A DNA stretch of 24,078 bases from an uncultured Acidimicrobiaceae bacterium (GTDB lineage: Bacteria; Actinomycetota; Acidimicrobiia; Spongiisociales; UBA5794). Location: NCBI GenBank assembly GCA_947258375.1, contig CAMYIJ010000056.1, forward strand, positions 1 to 24,078. Reading direction: 5' to 3'. The number at the start of each line of letters is the position of its first letter. Positions within the stretch are counted from its first letter, which is position 1. The notes beneath the pieces were generated by a model. It saw only the letters and a program-made list of their open reading frames with translations, had not been told where the DNA came from and searched no databases. Below, in pieces: positions 23,154-24,078 of this stretch. The translations under genes were made by a program, and so were the position numbers.

Positions 23154-24078
23154 TCAGTCCCGTGGCCCATACACCGGCGACGTGGCGCCCTGCTCGTGGG
23201 CTCCCAGGTCCACCCGGCCAGTCACCTCTGCCCGGTCACCCAGGTTCGACACCCACACGCCCCGGTTGATCGCACGCGATCCGGCCGCCGGGGTCAGATC
23301 CCGTGTGCCCGGGTCCACCTCGACGTCCCACGACGCCGGCAACGCGGCGTCCACCAGCGCGGCAAACGTCAACTCCACGCCATGCGGCTCGACTCCCGCC
23401 GGCAGATCCCCGATGCGGTCGTAGCGCACGTTGTCCCACTTGAACCACGGTCCGCCCGGATCGATCGCTCGCGTCGTTCCCCAGCCGCCGTAATCCAGAT
23501 CACGAAAACCGCCCGGTGAGACCGAGGTGAATTCGAACGCATACCGGGTTCCCATGAAGATGTTGTTGCGCACCACGGCGTTCTGCCAGCCCGCCTGGCC
23601 GGAGAACGCGTTCCCGTTCTGCGCCCCCGTGTTGTTGACGATGAAGAAGCCGCTCGGCTGGTTGTGCATCTTGATCGGCTTCGACTCGGTGTTGAACAGC
23701 TCGTTGCGGAAAATGTACGCCGGGCCCCCGGCGACCGGCTGGATGCTGACCCCCATCCGCGCGTTGAACACCCGGTTGCCGTGGACCCGAACGTTGCGCT
23801 GGTTGTAGTCGACCTCGATGCCGTCATCGACACACCGGTGGGCGTAGTTGCCGCTCACATCGTTGCCATACGACGGGCCGGTGAAAGGCTGCACCGAGAT
23901 GCAGTCGCCGAAGTCGGCAACATCGTTATGGCACACCACGTTGCCCCAGCCGCGCAGATCGATGCCGCGCTCGCCGGGGATACCCTGGCCCGGCCACGCC
24001 GTGCGGCCCCGGATTGTGTTGTCGCATACCGTCTGGTTGCGCTCCCAGCCGTTGCCGCGGCGGTTGATCACGCCGTCA
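23154..24078 (-). CDS. right-handed parallel beta-helix repeat protein, N-terminally truncated by the window edge
   Basis: Repetitive N/G/V-rich turns (NNTGAQNGNAF, VRNNIFMG, VHGNRVFNARMG, CHNDVADFGDCI) and a C-terminal ...SRAINRG......GRVDLGAHE tail typical of this family. The frame stays open past the listed GTG at 24071 to the window end. Confidence 0.7.
   Translation of the reverse strand, partial: DGVINRRGNGWERNQTVCDNTIRGRTAWPGQGIPGERGIDLRGWGNVVCHNDVADFGDCISVQPFTGPSYGNDVSGNYAHRCVDDGIEVDYNQRNVRVHGNRVFNARMGVSIQPVAGGPAYIFRNELFNTESKPIKMHNQPSGFFIVNNTGAQNGNAFSGQAGWQNAVVRNNIFMGTRYAFEFTSVSPGGFRDLDYGGWGTTRAIDPGGPWFKWDNVRYDRIGDLPAGVEPHGVELTFAALVDAALPASWDVEVDPGTRDLTPAAGSRAINRGVWVSNLGDRAEVTGRVDLGAHEQGATSPVYGPRD

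Overview
This is a 24 kb, visibly high-GC, gene-dense stretch of bacterial chromosome. Its gene content and codon style look Actinomycetota-like (GTG starts, GGAGG-type RBS, 1-8 nt stop/start overlaps, many spurious Arg/Pro/Ala-rich antisense ORFs). All family calls come from motifs read by eye in the supplied translations; no search or covariance model was run. Left to right:
- Two tandem Uma2-family nuclease paralogues (the first truncated by the window edge).
- hrpB (DExH helicase), then a more A/T-rich patch with a small orphan ORF.
- A 6-TM class III adenylate cyclase and an FKBP isomerase.
- A polytopic membrane protein fused to an endonuclease/exonuclease/phosphatase (EEP) domain.
- A VanZ-like protein, a TesB-like thioesterase and a Fic protein.
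- A four-gene minus-strand cluster: giant BNR/Asp-box propeller protein, pentaheme c-type cytochrome, ECF sigma factor, membrane-anchored putative anti-sigma/sensor.
- vapBC.
- A minus-strand unit: near-consensus promoter, three tandem palindrome-containing 15-bp repeats, a 75-nt noncanonical tRNA-like cloverleaf, a PTH2-family peptidyl-tRNA-hydrolase-like ORF, and a coupled 118-aa unknown ORF.
- Three uncharacterised membrane proteins (one extremely Gly-rich).
- An AraC/cupin regulator, a divergent 83-aa membrane peptide, and a partial right-handed beta-helix protein.

The two best candidates for something undescribed are the tRNA-like/PTH2/unknown module next to vapBC (18.36-19.31 kb) and the ECF-linked multiheme cytochrome plus beta-propeller cluster (10.3-17.15 kb). 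No CRISPR array, rRNA, transposase or integrase was seen.
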